Positions 45,981-57,479 of a DNA stretch of 64,000 nt are shown here, in pieces. The DNA lies in the NCBI GenBank assembly GCA_050258755.1, contig JBLMZI010000012.1:38768-102767 (forward strand), read 5' to 3'. This DNA comes from Solirubrobacterales bacterium (GTDB lineage Bacteria > Bacillota > Syntrophomonadia > Syntrophomonadales > DTU052). Both the position numbers and the translations under genes were made by a program. Every line of letters starts with the position of its first letter. Positions within the stretch are counted from its first letter, which is position 1. The notes below the pieces were generated by a model. That model saw nothing but the letters and a program-made list of their open reading frames with translations. It was not told the DNA's origin and did no database searches.

Positions 45981-47147
45981 TCACCTTCCTTTTGCAGTTA
46001 ACGGGGACATATTCCGAAGCCGCTCCACAATCGGCGGCAGGGTTTGGAGAACATAATCGACCTGTTCTTCCGTGGTACCTTTGCCCATCGTCAGGCGGAC
46101 TGAGCCATGGGCGATTTCGTGCGGCAGGCCGATCGCCAGCAGGACATGGGACGGGTCCAGGGAACCCGAGGTGCACGCCGATCCGCTGGAAGCCATAATT
46201 CCGAACTGGTCCAGGAGCAGCAGAATCGATTCGCCTTCGATATACCGGAAGCAGAAGCTGACATGCCCGGGGAGCCGCTGTTCCGGATGCCCGGTAAGCA
46301 TCGATTCCGTAATCCCGGCTGTGAGTCCTTCGATAAGCTTGGATCCGAGCCGGGTAAGCCGTTCCGAAACCTCGGCCATGTTGGCCTGAGCGAGTTCGGC
46401 GGCTTTGGCGAACCCGACGATGCCCGCCACGTTTTCGGTTCCGGCACGCCGGTTTCGTTCCTGGGCTCCGCCAATTAAGTAGCGGCCTGGCTTGAAGCCT
46501 TTCCGGATATACAGCATGCCGACGCCCTTGGGGCCGTACAGCTTGTGAGCCGATGCCGAGAGCATGTCAACCCCCAGGGCTTTGACATCGACCGGAATCC
46601 GACCGACGCTCTGTACCGCATCGGTATGGAAAACCGCGCCGCGCTCATGCGCAATCGCGGCTAAGGCCTGAATGGGTTCAATGGTGCCTATTTCATTGTT
46701 GGTGTGCATGACCGAAACCAGTTTCGTATTCGGCCGAATCGCGTCACGCAGAGCAGCCGGGCTGACCAGGCCGTATGAATCCACCGGAAGCAGAGTCGTT
46801 TCATAACCGAATTGCTTGAGCGATTCCACCGCGTCCAATACCGCATGATGCTCGATGGACGAGGTAATAATATGGTCACCCGGTTTCAGGTGATTGCGGG
46901 CATAGCCGATGACAGCCTGGTTGTCAGCTTCGGTGCCGCTCCCCGTGAACACGATTTCCTCTGGGGAGGCATTGATCAAAGAAGCCACCTTGGCCCGGGA
47001 TTCTTCAACCGCGCGCCGCGCGGCTTGACCCGCCTGGTGAACGCTCGAAGGGTTACCAAACCAATCTTTATAGTAGGGAATCATGGCGTCAAAAACCGCC
47101 GGATCAACCGGCGTGGTTGCACTGTGGTCCAGATAGACCTGTTCCAT
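45981..47147 (-). CDS. Cysteine desulfurase (NifS/IscS class)
   Basis: YLDHSATTP, a SAHKLYGPKG Lys-PLP motif and active-site SSGSACTSG. SD GGAGGTG lies before the ATG at 47147. Confidence 0.9.
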   Translation of the reverse strand: MEQVYLDHSATTPVDPAVFDAMIPYYKDWFGNPSSVHQAGQAARRAVEESRAKVASLINASPEEIVFTGSGTEADNQAVIGYARNHLKPGDHIITSSIEHHAVLDAVESLKQFGYETTLLPVDSYGLVSPAALRDAIRPNTKLVSVMHTNNEIGTIEPIQALAAIAHERGAVFHTDAVQSVGRIPVDVKALGVDMLSASAHKLYGPKGVGMLYIRKGFKPGRYLIGGAQERNRRAGTENVAGIVGFAKAAELAQANMAEVSERLTRLGSKLIEGLTAGITESMLTGHPEQRLPGHVSFCFRYIEGESILLLLDQFGIMASSGSACTSGSLDPSHVLLAIGLPHEIAHGSVRLTMGKGTTEEQVDYVLQTLPPIVERLRNMSPLTAKGR

Positions 47148-47162
47148 CCCAAACACCTCCGA

Positions 47163-47612
47163 TTAAATGTAATACATTCCGGGTTCCCGGTTTGCCAAGG
47201 CCTTGGATTCTTCCACCAGATCTGCCAGGGTCCACGCGTCCAGCACCTGTGCGATGGAATCCCTGACTTTGCTCCAAACCACCCGGGTGACGCAAATCTC
47301 TGAACGGCTGCAGGCCTCGGGCTGTTCCTCGCTGACACAGTCCACTGGTGCGATCGGGCCTTCGAGGGTCCTGATGATTTCGCCGACGGTAATATCTTTT
47401 GGATCCCGCGCCAATTTATACCCGCCCTGCGCGCCACGAACGCTCTTCACCAGTCCGGCCTTTTTCAGGATGGCCATCAACTGCTCCAGATAGCGGTCCG
47501 AAAGGTTCTCGCGTTCAGCAATGCTGTGAACGGTAATCGGCCCTTCGTCGGCATTGGTAGCCATGTCGAGCATGGCACGCAGCCCGTAGCGGCCTTTTGT
47601 CGATAATTTCAT
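47163..47612 (-). CDS. Rrf2-family transcriptional regulator (IscR-like, three clustered Cys)
   Basis: MKLSTKGRYGLRAMLDMA... winged HTH, with Cys triplet VDCVSEEQPEACSRSEICV. The ATG at 47612 is preferred. Confidence 0.9.
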   Translation of the reverse strand: MKLSTKGRYGLRAMLDMATNADEGPITVHSIAERENLSDRYLEQLMAILKKAGLVKSVRGAQGGYKLARDPKDITVGEIIRTLEGPIAPVDCVSEEQPEACSRSEICVTRVVWSKVRDSIAQVLDAWTLADLVEESKALANREPGMYYI

Positions 47613-47755
47613 TGTTAACCACCTTCTACTCCATATCCTAGCACTACGCTGGGGAATGGTCAAGGGTTTTAACCAAATGCCCCTTCAACTGGAAAAAACA
47701 CTTGCATTGGAATCCCGGGATAATTTATCATAATTAAAACCAAGTAAATTAATAG

Positions 47756-49078
<1,323 letters not shown>

Positions 49079-49159
49079 GGCACTGACGGCCCGGTTGACG
49101 AATCCGATCCAGCGCTTCTAAACTGGGAAGGTATTCTGTAATTATTAGGAACGAAGGAC

Positions 49160-49939
49160 ATGCAGCACGAATTCTCGCGAACTGAATTGTTGATCGGTAA
49201 AGAGGCGCTGGAAAGACTGGCTTCCTGCAAAGTGGCCGTGTTCGGCATTGGCGGCGTTGGGGCTTTTGCGGTCGAAGGGCTGGTTCGCGCCGGGGTCGGG
49301 AAACTGGTCCTGGTGGATGACGATCTGATCTGCCTGACCAACCTCAACCGGCAGCTGCATGCCACCCATGAAACCATCGGCCGTCCCAAAGTCGAAGTCA
49401 TGCGGCAACGTGTGCTTTCGATCAATCCAAAAGCCGAGGTTGAGATTCACCAGGCATTTTACCTGCCGGAGAATGGTCATGCGCTGATTCGGTCCGATTA
49501 CGACTATATCATTGATGCCGTCGATACGGTGACCGCCAAAATCGATCTGGTGGTCCGGGCTGCGGAGCACGGGATTCCGGTCATCAGTGCGATGGGCGCA
49601 GGAAACAAACTGGATCCGACCCGATTTGAGGTGGCCGATATTTATGAAACCTCGGTCTGCCCGCTTGCCAAGGTGATGCGCAAGGAATTGAAGGCCAGAG
49701 GCATTCAAGGCCTGAAAGTGGTTTATTCCCGTGAGCTGCCGCGAAAACCCGAGCAATCGGACGAGACGAGCTGTGCGGAACACTGCGTGTGTCCGGACGG
49801 CTCCAGCCGGCACTGCGCGGTCCGAAGACAAGTGCCCGGCAGCATCTCCTTTGTTCCCTCAGTCGCCGGCCTGATTATTGCCGGTGAAGTGGTGAAGGAC
49901 TTGATCAAACCCATCATTGATCTGTCGGCAGATCGCTAG
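49160..49939 (+). CDS. tcdA: tRNA threonylcarbamoyladenosine dehydratase (TcdA/CsdL, ThiF-fold)
   Basis: VAVFGIGGVGAFAVEGLVRAGVGKLVLVDDDLICLTNLNRQ. Length and C-terminus are typical of TcdA. Confidence 0.85.
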   Translation: MQHEFSRTELLIGKEALERLASCKVAVFGIGGVGAFAVEGLVRAGVGKLVLVDDDLICLTNLNRQLHATHETIGRPKVEVMRQRVLSINPKAEVEIHQAFYLPENGHALIRSDYDYIIDAVDTVTAKIDLVVRAAEHGIPVISAMGAGNKLDPTRFEVADIYETSVCPLAKVMRKELKARGIQGLKVVYSRELPRKPEQSDETSCAEHCVCPDGSSRHCAVRRQVPGSISFVPSVAGLIIAGEVVKDLIKPIIDLSADR

Positions 49940-49962
49940 AATGTGAACAGGAGGCTTAATCC

Positions 49963-50898
49963 GTGAGCAAAATCGCAAAGAGTTTGACGGACTTAATCGG
50001 AAACACGCCGCTGCTGGAGCTGAGCAACTACAATCGGGCGCAGTCTCTGAAAGCGCAGCTGATTGCGAAATTGGAATACTTCAACCCGGCCGGCAGTGTG
50101 AAAGACCGGATCGGTTTTGCCATGATCCAGGACGGGGAAGAAAAAGGTCTGATAAAAAAAGGCACTGTCATTATCGAACCGACCAGCGGCAATACCGGCA
50201 TTGGGCTGGCGTTTGTCGCGGCCGCGCGCGGGTACCGGCTCATTCTGACGATGCCGGATACAATGAGCATGGAACGGCGTAATCTGCTAAAAGCCCTGGG
50301 CGCGGAACTTGTTTTGACACCGGGGGCCGAGGGGATGAAAGGCGCGATCAAAAGGTCCGAGGAACTCGCGGCCGAAATCCCGAACGCCTATATACCACAG
50401 CAGTTTAAAAACCCTGCCAATCCCGAAATTCACCGGAAGACCACGGCCGAGGAAATCTGGCGCGACACTGACGGAAAGGTCGATATCTTCGTGGCCGGGG
50501 TCGGAACCGGCGGGACCGTAACCGGGGTAGGCGAGGCCTTGAAATCCCGCAAACCGGGCGTTCAGATCATCGCGGTGGAACCCTTTGATTCGCCGGTGCT
50601 CTCCGGCGGGAGTCCGGGCGCACATAAAATTCAAGGCATCGGTGCCGGGTTTGTGCCAGACATCTTTAACCCAAAGACGGTGGACGAGATTTTTAAAGTG
50701 AAGAACGAAGAAGCGTTTGACACCGCGCGCGCACTGGCAGCGACGGAAGGGCTGCTGGTCGGCATTTCTTCCGGCGCCGCGGTGTTTGCCGCTGCTCAGG
50801 CGGCCAAACGGCCCGGGAATGAAGGAAAGACGATTGTCGTGCTGCTGCCGGATACCGGCGAACGGTACCTTTCAACCCCGCTCTGGCAGGAAGCATAA
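49963..50898 (+). CDS. cysK: Cysteine synthase A (O-acetylserine sulfhydrylase)
   Basis: [25 protein letters not shown] and [10 protein letters not shown] motifs. GTG start with GGAGG upstream. Confidence 0.9.
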   Translation: MSKIAKSLTDLIGNTPLLELSNYNRAQSLKAQLIAKLEYFNPAGSVKDRIGFAMIQDGEEKGLIKKGTVIIEPTSGNTGIGLAFVAAARGYRLILTMPDTMSMERRNLLKALGAELVLTPGAEGMKGAIKRSEELAAEIPNAYIPQQFKNPANPEIHRKTTAEEIWRDTDGKVDIFVAGVGTGGTVTGVGEALKSRKPGVQIIAVEPFDSPVLSGGSPGAHKIQGIGAGFVPDIFNPKTVDEIFKVKNEEAFDTARALAATEGLLVGISSGAAVFAAAQAAKRPGNEGKTIVVLLPDTGERYLSTPLWQEA

Positions 50899-50927
50899 AC
50901 CAGAGCGAACCCGGATCAAGGCACAAG

Positions 50928-50970
50928 AAACCCCGTTACCGGCTGCATAGCGTATAACGGGGTTTTTCTT
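50928..50970. terminator. Bidirectional intrinsic terminator between cysK and metA
   Basis: 11-bp stem AAACCCCGTTA/TAACGGGGTTT followed by TTTTTCTT. Confidence 0.75.
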
Positions 50971-51007
50971 CGTCCCAATGCTCCCTGGGCGCGGCCGCGG
51001 TCTGCGG

Positions 51008-51925
51008 CTATCCAATCTTCTGCAGATCGTACGGCGTTTCCTGATAGACGTGGTAGTTCAGCCAGTTTGAGAACAGCAGATGGCCGTGGCTGCGCCACAG
51101 AACCCGGGGCGGCCGGTTGGGATCATCCTCCGGGAAGTAATTCACCGGAACATTGATGTTTATTCCTTTGCCGATATCCCGGTCATACTCGTTTTTCAAG
51201 GATTCCGGATCGTATTCCGAATGGCCCATGGCAAAGACCTGGCGGCCGTCCCGGCTGGCAGCCAGATAAACCCCGGCTTCGTCTGATTCGGCCAGGATTT
51301 CCAGCACAGGGACTTTTTCAATATCGCTGCGCAGCACCTCGGTGTGCCGGGAATGGGGCGCGAAGAACAGATCGTCGAATCCGCGAAGCAGCGGTTTGTT
51401 CAGGGCGCAAACCCGATGCTCGAAGATCCCGAACATTTTCCGCGGCAGACCGCGCTTCGGGATGCCGTAATGGTAATACAGACCGGCCTGGGCGCCGACG
51501 CAGATATGGAAGGTTGAATAGACATGGGTCCGGGTCCAGATCATGATGTCTTTCAATTCCTCCCAATAGGTCCATTCCTCGTATTCCAACTGCTCGACCG
51601 GCGCGCCGGTGATGATCATGCCGTCAAAACGGCGGCTGCTGACCTCGGCAAAGGTTTGATAGAAAAGGTCCAGGTGATCCTGGTCCGTATTCCTGGACTG
51701 GTGACTTTCCGGGCGAAGCAAAGTGACCTCCACCTGAAGCGGGGTATTTGCCAGCATGCGCAGCAGTTGGGTTTCGGTGACTTCTTTCTTCGGCATGATG
51801 TTCAGAATCGCGATTTTCAGGGGACGGATATCCTGGTGTTCCGCCCGCGCCTCGTTCATCACGAAAACGTTTTCGCTTTGCAGGATACTGCTGGCCGGCA
51901 GCCCGTCGGGAATAATAATTGGCAT
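51008..51925 (-). CDS. metA: Homoserine O-acyltransferase, MetA family
   Basis: [47 protein letters not shown].... The ATG at 51925 is preferred over the track start at 52006. Confidence 0.9.
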   Translation of the reverse strand: MPIIIPDGLPASSILQSENVFVMNEARAEHQDIRPLKIAILNIMPKKEVTETQLLRMLANTPLQVEVTLLRPESHQSRNTDQDHLDLFYQTFAEVSSRRFDGMIITGAPVEQLEYEEWTYWEELKDIMIWTRTHVYSTFHICVGAQAGLYYHYGIPKRGLPRKMFGIFEHRVCALNKPLLRGFDDLFFAPHSRHTEVLRSDIEKVPVLEILAESDEAGVYLAASRDGRQVFAMGHSEYDPESLKNEYDRDIGKGININVPVNYFPEDDPNRPPRVLWRSHGHLLFSNWLNYHVYQETPYDLQKIG

Positions 51926-51961
51926 GGGTCGACACTCCTTTTTGTGGTGGATGTCCAGGTC

Positions 51962-52100
51962 CTGCGAAAAAGAAAAACCCCTTCCGCGAAGAGGCCGGGC
52001 CCTCATCTCTCGGAATCAATCCGCAGGAGTTAGCACCGTGCTGTGAAAAGCCGGTTGCCGGGCTTCATCGGGCCGTTCCCTCCGCCGCTCTTGATGAGAA
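51962..52100 (-). promoter_or_regulatory. SAM-I (S-box) riboswitch with terminator, leader of metA
   Basis: The minus-strand RNA reads TTCTCATCAAGAGCGGCGGAGGGAACGGCCCGATGAAGCCCGGCAACC...ACGGTGCTAACTCCTGCGG...GAGAGATGAG. This matches the S-box core. A CCTCTTC-GCG-GAAGGGG hairpin and TTTTTCTTTTT follow. Confidence 0.85.
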
Positions 52101-52156
52101 AATATTTTATTACTACAAAAATCATAGGAATTATAGGAATATTATAGGGCGCCGTT

Positions 52157-53269
52157 CTAACGGGTGTCAAGCGGATTTCCCACCCCCGCGTCAGAAGGCG
52201 GAACCCGGGCAATGGTGCCGCCGCCCAGCACGCGGTCCCCGTCATACAGCACAACCGCCTGCCCGGGGGTGATGGCACGCTGCGGTTTGTCAAAATCGAC
52301 CCGAAGCAAGCCGCTCGAAAGCGATTGCGCAATCGCCCCGGCCGGGGGTGCGGCGGAACGAATCTTTGCGGATACCCTGACAGGTTCCGAAAAGGGTTCT
52401 CCGCTGACGTAACAGGCGTCTTCGGCGATCAGGCTGTTGTGCATTAATTCGTCGGATTCGCCAAGCACCACTGTATTGGTTTCCGGATCAATGCCGGTGA
52501 CAAAAACCGGGTGGCCCAGCGCGATGCCCAGGCCTTTGCGCTGGCCGATGGTGTACCGGTGAATCCCCTGATGGGTGCCAAGGACTCGGCCGGAACGGTC
52601 GCGAAACGAACCCGGCGGGGGAGTATCGCCCGCGAATGATTCCACAAAATCGCTGTAGCGGCCGCTCTCAACAAAACAAATCTCCTGACTGTCGTGTTTG
52701 TCCGCAACCGAAAGCCCGGCCTCTCGGGCGATCTCGCGGATTTCCGGTTTGGTGTAGGTGCCCAGGGGAAAGAGTGTGTGACGCAGTTCTTCCTGGCCCA
52801 TTTGAAATAGGAAATAACTCTGATCTTTGGCAGGTACAATCCCGCGCCAGAGTTCAAAACTGCTGTCTCCAGCCGCTCTGATTTGCGCGTAATGACCGGT
52901 GGCGAGGTAATCCATCCCCATTGCCCGCGCTTTTGCGAGCAGGGAAGAAAACTTGATCCAGCGGTTGCAGGCGACACATGGATTCGGTGTTCGGCCGCGC
53001 TGGTATTCTTCGCAGAACAAACGAATCACCCGATCGGCGAATTCATCCCGGAAGTTCATCACGTAATGCGGAATCTCGAGCTTCCAGGCAACCCGCCGCG
53101 CGTCATCCACGGCGGACAGGCTGCAGCAGGACTTCGAATCCTCGTCCGGCCTGGGCCAGATCTGCATGGTAATCCCGGTCACCGCGTATCCCTGCCGCTT
53201 TAACAGCAAGGCCGCCGCTGAACTGTCCACGCCGCCACTCATTGCGACCATGACCTTTAGCTGGCTCAT
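52157..53269 (-). CDS. mnmA: tRNA 2-thiouridine(34) synthase MnmA
   Basis: VAMSGGVDSS PP-loop and CNRWIKF. The ATG overlaps the upstream stop (ATGA). Confidence 0.9.
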   Translation of the reverse strand: MSQLKVMVAMSGGVDSSAAALLLKRQGYAVTGITMQIWPRPDEDSKSCCSLSAVDDARRVAWKLEIPHYVMNFRDEFADRVIRLFCEEYQRGRTPNPCVACNRWIKFSSLLAKARAMGMDYLATGHYAQIRAAGDSSFELWRGIVPAKDQSYFLFQMGQEELRHTLFPLGTYTKPEIREIAREAGLSVADKHDSQEICFVESGRYSDFVESFAGDTPPPGSFRDRSGRVLGTHQGIHRYTIGQRKGLGIALGHPVFVTGIDPETNTVVLGESDELMHNSLIAEDACYVSGEPFSEPVRVSAKIRSAAPPAGAIAQSLSSGLLRVDFDKPQRAITPGQAVVLYDGDRVLGGGTIARVPPSDAGVGNPLDTR

Positions 53270-54447
53270 GGCACCCTCGTTTTTTGTGGCCGCAGGCGCG
53301 CAAGCGCTTCGATCAGTGCCCGGGCCGTCAGTTCGATGTCTTCAGGCGTGGTTCGGGCCGAAAGGCTGATCCGAATGGTGCCTTCCGCTTTTTCACGCGG
53401 AAGGTTCAGCGCTTTAAGCACATGTGACAGCTTCACGCTGCGGGAATGGCAGGCTGAGCCGGTGGAAACGAAGATGTTCCGCGCTTCCAGGAAATGCGTC
53501 AGGACCTCGCCGCGCACGCCGGGGAAGGCCAGGCTCAGAATCTGTGGTAGGCCTTGATCGGGCAAGGGACCGTTCACAGCAAAGTCAACCCCGGCTTCGT
53601 GCAGCCGGGACACCAAATCGAGTTTCAATTGGCGCAGTCGATCACCCGTTTCAGCCAGGCCGGCTACAGCGGCTTCAGCCGCCATGCCAAAGCCTGCGAT
53701 CCCCGGAACGTTTTCGGTGCCGGAGCGCAGCTCGCGTTCCTGACCGCCGCCGGTCAACTGGCTTTCGAGGACAGTGCCGGTCTTGATGAATAAAAGGCCA
53801 ACCCCTTTGGGACCATGCAGCTTATGGGCACTGACCGCCGCCAGGTCCATCCCGAGGATGTCCGGCTGAAAGGGGATTTTACCAAAAGCCTGCACTGCGT
53901 CCGTATGGAAGATCAATGCGGGGTTCACCGCTTTTACCGCCGCAGCCAGCGCGGCCAGCGGCTGAATGCTTCCAATCTCGTTATTCACTGCCATGACACT
54001 GACCAGAATCGTGTCTGGCGTAACCAGTGCGGCAAGCCGGTCAGGGTTTATCGAACCATTTGAGCCGGCCGGGCACAAAACCGTCTCGAAACCGCGTTTC
54101 TCCAGCCGGTTCAAGGTCTCAAGAACCGAGGTATGTTCGATGGCCGTACTGACGATCCGGTTTCCGCGGCGCCGATTGGCCTCAGCCGCGCCGGCCAGGG
54201 CGAGGTGGTTCGCTTCGGTACCGCCCGAGGTGAAGACGATTTCATCGGTTTTACAGCGCAGCGCCCCGCCCAGCTGTTTGCGGGCCTGGGTCACCAGCAG
54301 CTCGGCTTCCACGCCTTTTTTGTGCAGCGAAGACGGATTGCCGTACTGAGAAACCATGATCTCGCGGACCCGGTCGGCGATATCGGGATGAACTGCCGTG
54401 GTAGCGGCATTATCAAGATAGATTTCACGATTTTGTGGCGGATGCAT
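53266..54447 (-). CDS. Cysteine desulfurase (NifZ/YrvO/IscS-like) within the tRNA-thiolation operon
   Basis: YLDNAATT, SAHKLHGPKG and STGSACHS. The ATG at 54447 is preferred over the track start at 54573. Confidence 0.9.
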   Translation of the reverse strand: MHPPQNREIYLDNAATTAVHPDIADRVREIMVSQYGNPSSLHKKGVEAELLVTQARKQLGGALRCKTDEIVFTSGGTEANHLALAGAAEANRRRGNRIVSTAIEHTSVLETLNRLEKRGFETVLCPAGSNGSINPDRLAALVTPDTILVSVMAVNNEIGSIQPLAALAAAVKAVNPALIFHTDAVQAFGKIPFQPDILGMDLAAVSAHKLHGPKGVGLLFIKTGTVLESQLTGGGQERELRSGTENVPGIAGFGMAAEAAVAGLAETGDRLRQLKLDLVSRLHEAGVDFAVNGPLPDQGLPQILSLAFPGVRGEVLTHFLEARNIFVSTGSACHSRSVKLSHVLKALNLPREKAEGTIRISLSARTTPEDIELTARALIEALARLRPQKTRVP

Positions 54448-55201
54448 GATGCTTCTCCATTCCAAGCCGGCCGCAGACCGGGCAGTCCGGATCGCGTTCG
54501 ATGGGTACTTCGGTCCATTGGCCGGCCAGCCCGTCAACCAGGAGCAGACGGCCGATGAGCGGCTTGCCGGCACCCGTCAGCAGTTTGATGGCCTCCATGG
54601 CCTGCATGGTACCGATCATTCCGGTAACCGGACCGAGAATGCCTTCCCGGTCGCAGGTTGTGCACTGCTCCGGGCTGTCAGGCAGAAAACACCGCAGGCA
54701 GGGACCACGGCCGGGGTCAACGGAAGTGATTTGGCCGGTAAAGCGAATAGCTCCGCCATGCACCAGGGGTATTTCCCGGTGAACACAATAATCGTTGAGT
54801 GCAAACCGGCCGGGCAGGCCGTCCAGGCAATCCAGCACCAGATCGTAATCCGGGAGTTCCGGTTCGCTGAGATAGGATTCCAATCTTTTCTGAATGTCAC
54901 AAATCGCAATGCCTGGATTCACCTGTTCAAGTTTTTCCCGTGCCGATTCCACTTTCAGGCGATCGGTGTCCCTCGTCCAGTGCAGGATTTGCCGGTTCAG
55001 GTTGCTGGGCAGCACCCAATCGTCATCCAGCAGATCCAGGCTGCCAACCCCGGCCGCGGCAAGATAAAGGGCTGCGGGGGAGCCCAATCCACCAATACCG
55101 GCAATCAGCACCCGGGATCGGATGAGCTTTGCCTGGGCTTCGAGTCCGAATTCGGACAAAACCACCTGCCGGTGGTAGCGTTCATCGGTTGGATTCATCA
55201 T
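54425..55201 (-). CDS. ThiF/MoeB-family E1-like adenylyltransferase
   Basis: RYHRQVVLSEFGLEAQ..., a IAGIGGLGSPAALYLAAAGVG nucleotide-binding loop, and CLRC plus CPVCG zinc motifs. The 3' end overlaps the desulfurase start by 23 nt. Confidence 0.85.
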   Translation of the reverse strand: MMNPTDERYHRQVVLSEFGLEAQAKLIRSRVLIAGIGGLGSPAALYLAAAGVGSLDLLDDDWVLPSNLNRQILHWTRDTDRLKVESAREKLEQVNPGIAICDIQKRLESYLSEPELPDYDLVLDCLDGLPGRFALNDYCVHREIPLVHGGAIRFTGQITSVDPGRGPCLRCFLPDSPEQCTTCDREGILGPVTGMIGTMQAMEAIKLLTGAGKPLIGRLLLVDGLAGQWTEVPIERDPDCPVCGRLGMEKHHASATKS

Positions 55202-55248
55202 ATTCCGCTCCAAAGGTTTTAACGAAGTTCGATTGGGTAACGGTCCGT

Positions 55249-56406
55249 TCAGCCTTCGATCCGCAGCCGTTCCGCCTGAGTGATCGCGGTCTCAACCATC
55301 CGGGTCCAGTCTACTGGCTGTTCTGCCGCCAGGACCTGTTCGAGCCGGGGTTTGGTTGCCGGGTGTTTGGGAACAAACAGGGTGCAGCAGTCTTCATATG
55401 GCTGGATCGAGGTCTCATAGGTCCCAATCTGCTCGGCCAGCCGGGTAATCTCCGATTTATCAAAACAAGCCAGCGGCTTTATCAGCACCATGGATACGGC
55501 CTGCCCGATGGCCTGCATGCTTTCCAGGGTTTGGCTCGCTACCTGACCGACGCTTTCGCCGGTAATTAAGGCCAGGTCCCCGTTTTTGTCCGCAAGCATC
55601 TCCGCAATCCGCAGCATCTGGCGGCGCAGCAGGGTCACCCGCAGTTTTTCCGGGCATTCACGCACAATGGTTTCCTGAATTTCAGCAACGTTGACGATGA
55701 ACAGGTCAAGCCCGCGATGGAATCGTGCAAGGATTCGGGCCAGTTCGATCACTTTCAGCCGGGAGCGTTCGCCAGTGTAGGGAAAACTGTGAAAATGAAC
55801 TGCGGAGATTCGGATGCCGCGTTTCATCGCCATCCAGCCGGCGACTGGGCTGTCGATGCCTCCGGAAAGCAGAAGCATTGCTTTGCCGCTGGTTCCAACC
55901 GGAAGCCCGCCCGGCCCAGGAATCACTTCGCTCCAAACGTAGACTGCTTTGGTTCGGATTTCGATCGTAACGACCAGTTCGGGATGATGAACATCCACCG
56001 AAAGGTGCGGGAATTGATCAAGCAGAAAACCGCCGACAGTCCGGCTCACCTCAGGAGAGGGCATGGGAAACCGCTTGTCGGCCCGCCGGGTTTCCACTTT
56101 AAATCGCCTGGGAGTCGATTCGGCGGCTTCTATCAATTGTTCGCAGGTCTGCTGGATGCTTTCAAGCTCGGGTTGGGCGAAGCGGACCGGGCTGAGCGAG
56201 ACCACGCCGAAAACGGCACGTATGCGCTGGATGATTTCCGCCGGGTCCGGGACCGGCTGAATCAGGATTCGCCCTTCAACGCGGACAACACCGGCTCCGG
56301 TGCCGCGCAAAACCCAGGAAAGATTTTGGATCAGGGCCGCCTCGAATAACCCGCGGTTGTCCCCTTTCAAACCAATTTCCCCGTAACGGACCAGAATCGC
56401 ATCCAT
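55249..56406 (-). CDS. thiI: tRNA 4-thiouridine synthase ThiI (short form, no rhodanese domain)
   Basis: MDAILVRYGEIGLKGDNR (N-terminal ferredoxin-like/THUMP region), a LLSGGIDSPVA PP-loop, and an end at 385 aa with no rhodanese extension. Confidence 0.9.
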   Translation of the reverse strand: MDAILVRYGEIGLKGDNRGLFEAALIQNLSWVLRGTGAGVVRVEGRILIQPVPDPAEIIQRIRAVFGVVSLSPVRFAQPELESIQQTCEQLIEAAESTPRRFKVETRRADKRFPMPSPEVSRTVGGFLLDQFPHLSVDVHHPELVVTIEIRTKAVYVWSEVIPGPGGLPVGTSGKAMLLLSGGIDSPVAGWMAMKRGIRISAVHFHSFPYTGERSRLKVIELARILARFHRGLDLFIVNVAEIQETIVRECPEKLRVTLLRRQMLRIAEMLADKNGDLALITGESVGQVASQTLESMQAIGQAVSMVLIKPLACFDKSEITRLAEQIGTYETSIQPYEDCCTLFVPKHPATKPRLEQVLAAEQPVDWTRMVETAITQAERLRIEG

Positions 56407-56541
56407 CGCGCACCTCCATGCCGGATAGTTTGGCCAGGATTGCCGCAAAACACCCGGAGGTCAGAGAATTGACCATTCTGCCGTTTCGCGCATGTGATAA
56501 AATTGTAAAGAACACTTTGTCATCGAAGAGGAGTCTTTTAT

Positions 56542-57333
56542 ATGGCCGAGATTTACGAACCCAGGCGTGTCCAGAGATACCGCGGCGGAAACGTTGAATC
56601 CTCGGATGACCTGATCGTCAGCGAGGTCCCTGTAACCATCATGTTAAACGACGTGGAACTTGCCACACTGGTTTGTTCTCCTTACGCTTACCGGGAACTG
56701 GTGATCGGCTTTCTGCGGAGCGAAGGCTTGATTGTGAATAAAGAAGATATTCAAGGCATTGACGTGCGCCAGGAACAGGGTGTGATCTGGGTACAGACGA
56801 CCCGGGCGGTGCCGGCGGTGGACAACTTCCTGCGCCGCAATTTTTCCAGCTGCTGCGGCAAGAGCCGGCCGTCACTGTATTTTATCAATGACAGTCATCA
56901 ATTGAGCCCGATTGAAACCCGGGAGCGCTTTTCGGCGAAACGGCTGCTGGAACTGATCGCCGAAATGGAAAAAGGGGCCGAAACCTTTCAGAAAACCGGA
57001 GGGGTACATACGGCCGGATTGGCGGACCGGAACGGCATTGTGATCCGCTATGAGGACATCGGGCGCCACAACGCGCTGGATCGGGTTTTGGGATATTCCA
57101 TGGATCATGGGATCGAACCGTCCGACAAGATGATTCTCCTGTCCGGCCGGGTGGCCTCGGAAATGCTCCTGAAGACGGCTCGAATGGGGGCGCCGGTTCT
57201 GGTGTCGCGTTCGGCGCCGACCGCGCTGGCCCTGGATCTTGCCGAAGAGCTGGGCATAACCGTGGTCGGGTTTGTGCGCGGGGATCGCCTGACGGTTTAT
57301 ACCCACCCGGATCGGGTGGACCTGAGCGAATAG
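56542..57333 (+). CDS. fdhD: Formate dehydrogenase accessory sulfurtransferase FdhD
   Basis: VPVTIMLNDVELATLVCSPYAYRELVIGFLRSEGLI, SSCCGKS, GGVHTAGL and GRHNALD. Confidence 0.85.
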   Translation: MAEIYEPRRVQRYRGGNVESSDDLIVSEVPVTIMLNDVELATLVCSPYAYRELVIGFLRSEGLIVNKEDIQGIDVRQEQGVIWVQTTRAVPAVDNFLRRNFSSCCGKSRPSLYFINDSHQLSPIETRERFSAKRLLELIAEMEKGAETFQKTGGVHTAGLADRNGIVIRYEDIGRHNALDRVLGYSMDHGIEPSDKMILLSGRVASEMLLKTARMGAPVLVSRSAPTALALDLAEELGITVVGFVRGDRLTVYTHPDRVDLSE

Positions 57334-57339
57334 AACGGC

Positions 57340-57372
57340 AGCCGGTCCGGCACAACGGGCCGGCTTTCTTTG
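57340..57372 (+). terminator. Intrinsic terminator after fdhD
   Basis: 10-bp stem AGCCGGTCCG/CGGGCCGGCT (one T-G) followed by TTCTTT. Confidence 0.7.
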
Positions 57373-57441
57373 GTGTCGGGGCCACGCCTAGGCTTCGCAA
57401 AGCGGTGCCTGGCAATGTGTTGTTAAATCAAAAAATATTGT

Positions 57442-57471
57442 TGCATTAGCCCGGGGGCCAGACGTATAATA
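57442..57471 (+). promoter_or_regulatory. SigA-type promoter of hgcAB
   Basis: TTGCAT, an 18-nt spacer, then TATAAT, about 58 nt upstream of the hgcA ATG. Confidence 0.55.
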
Positions 57472-57479
57472 TCAATAAA

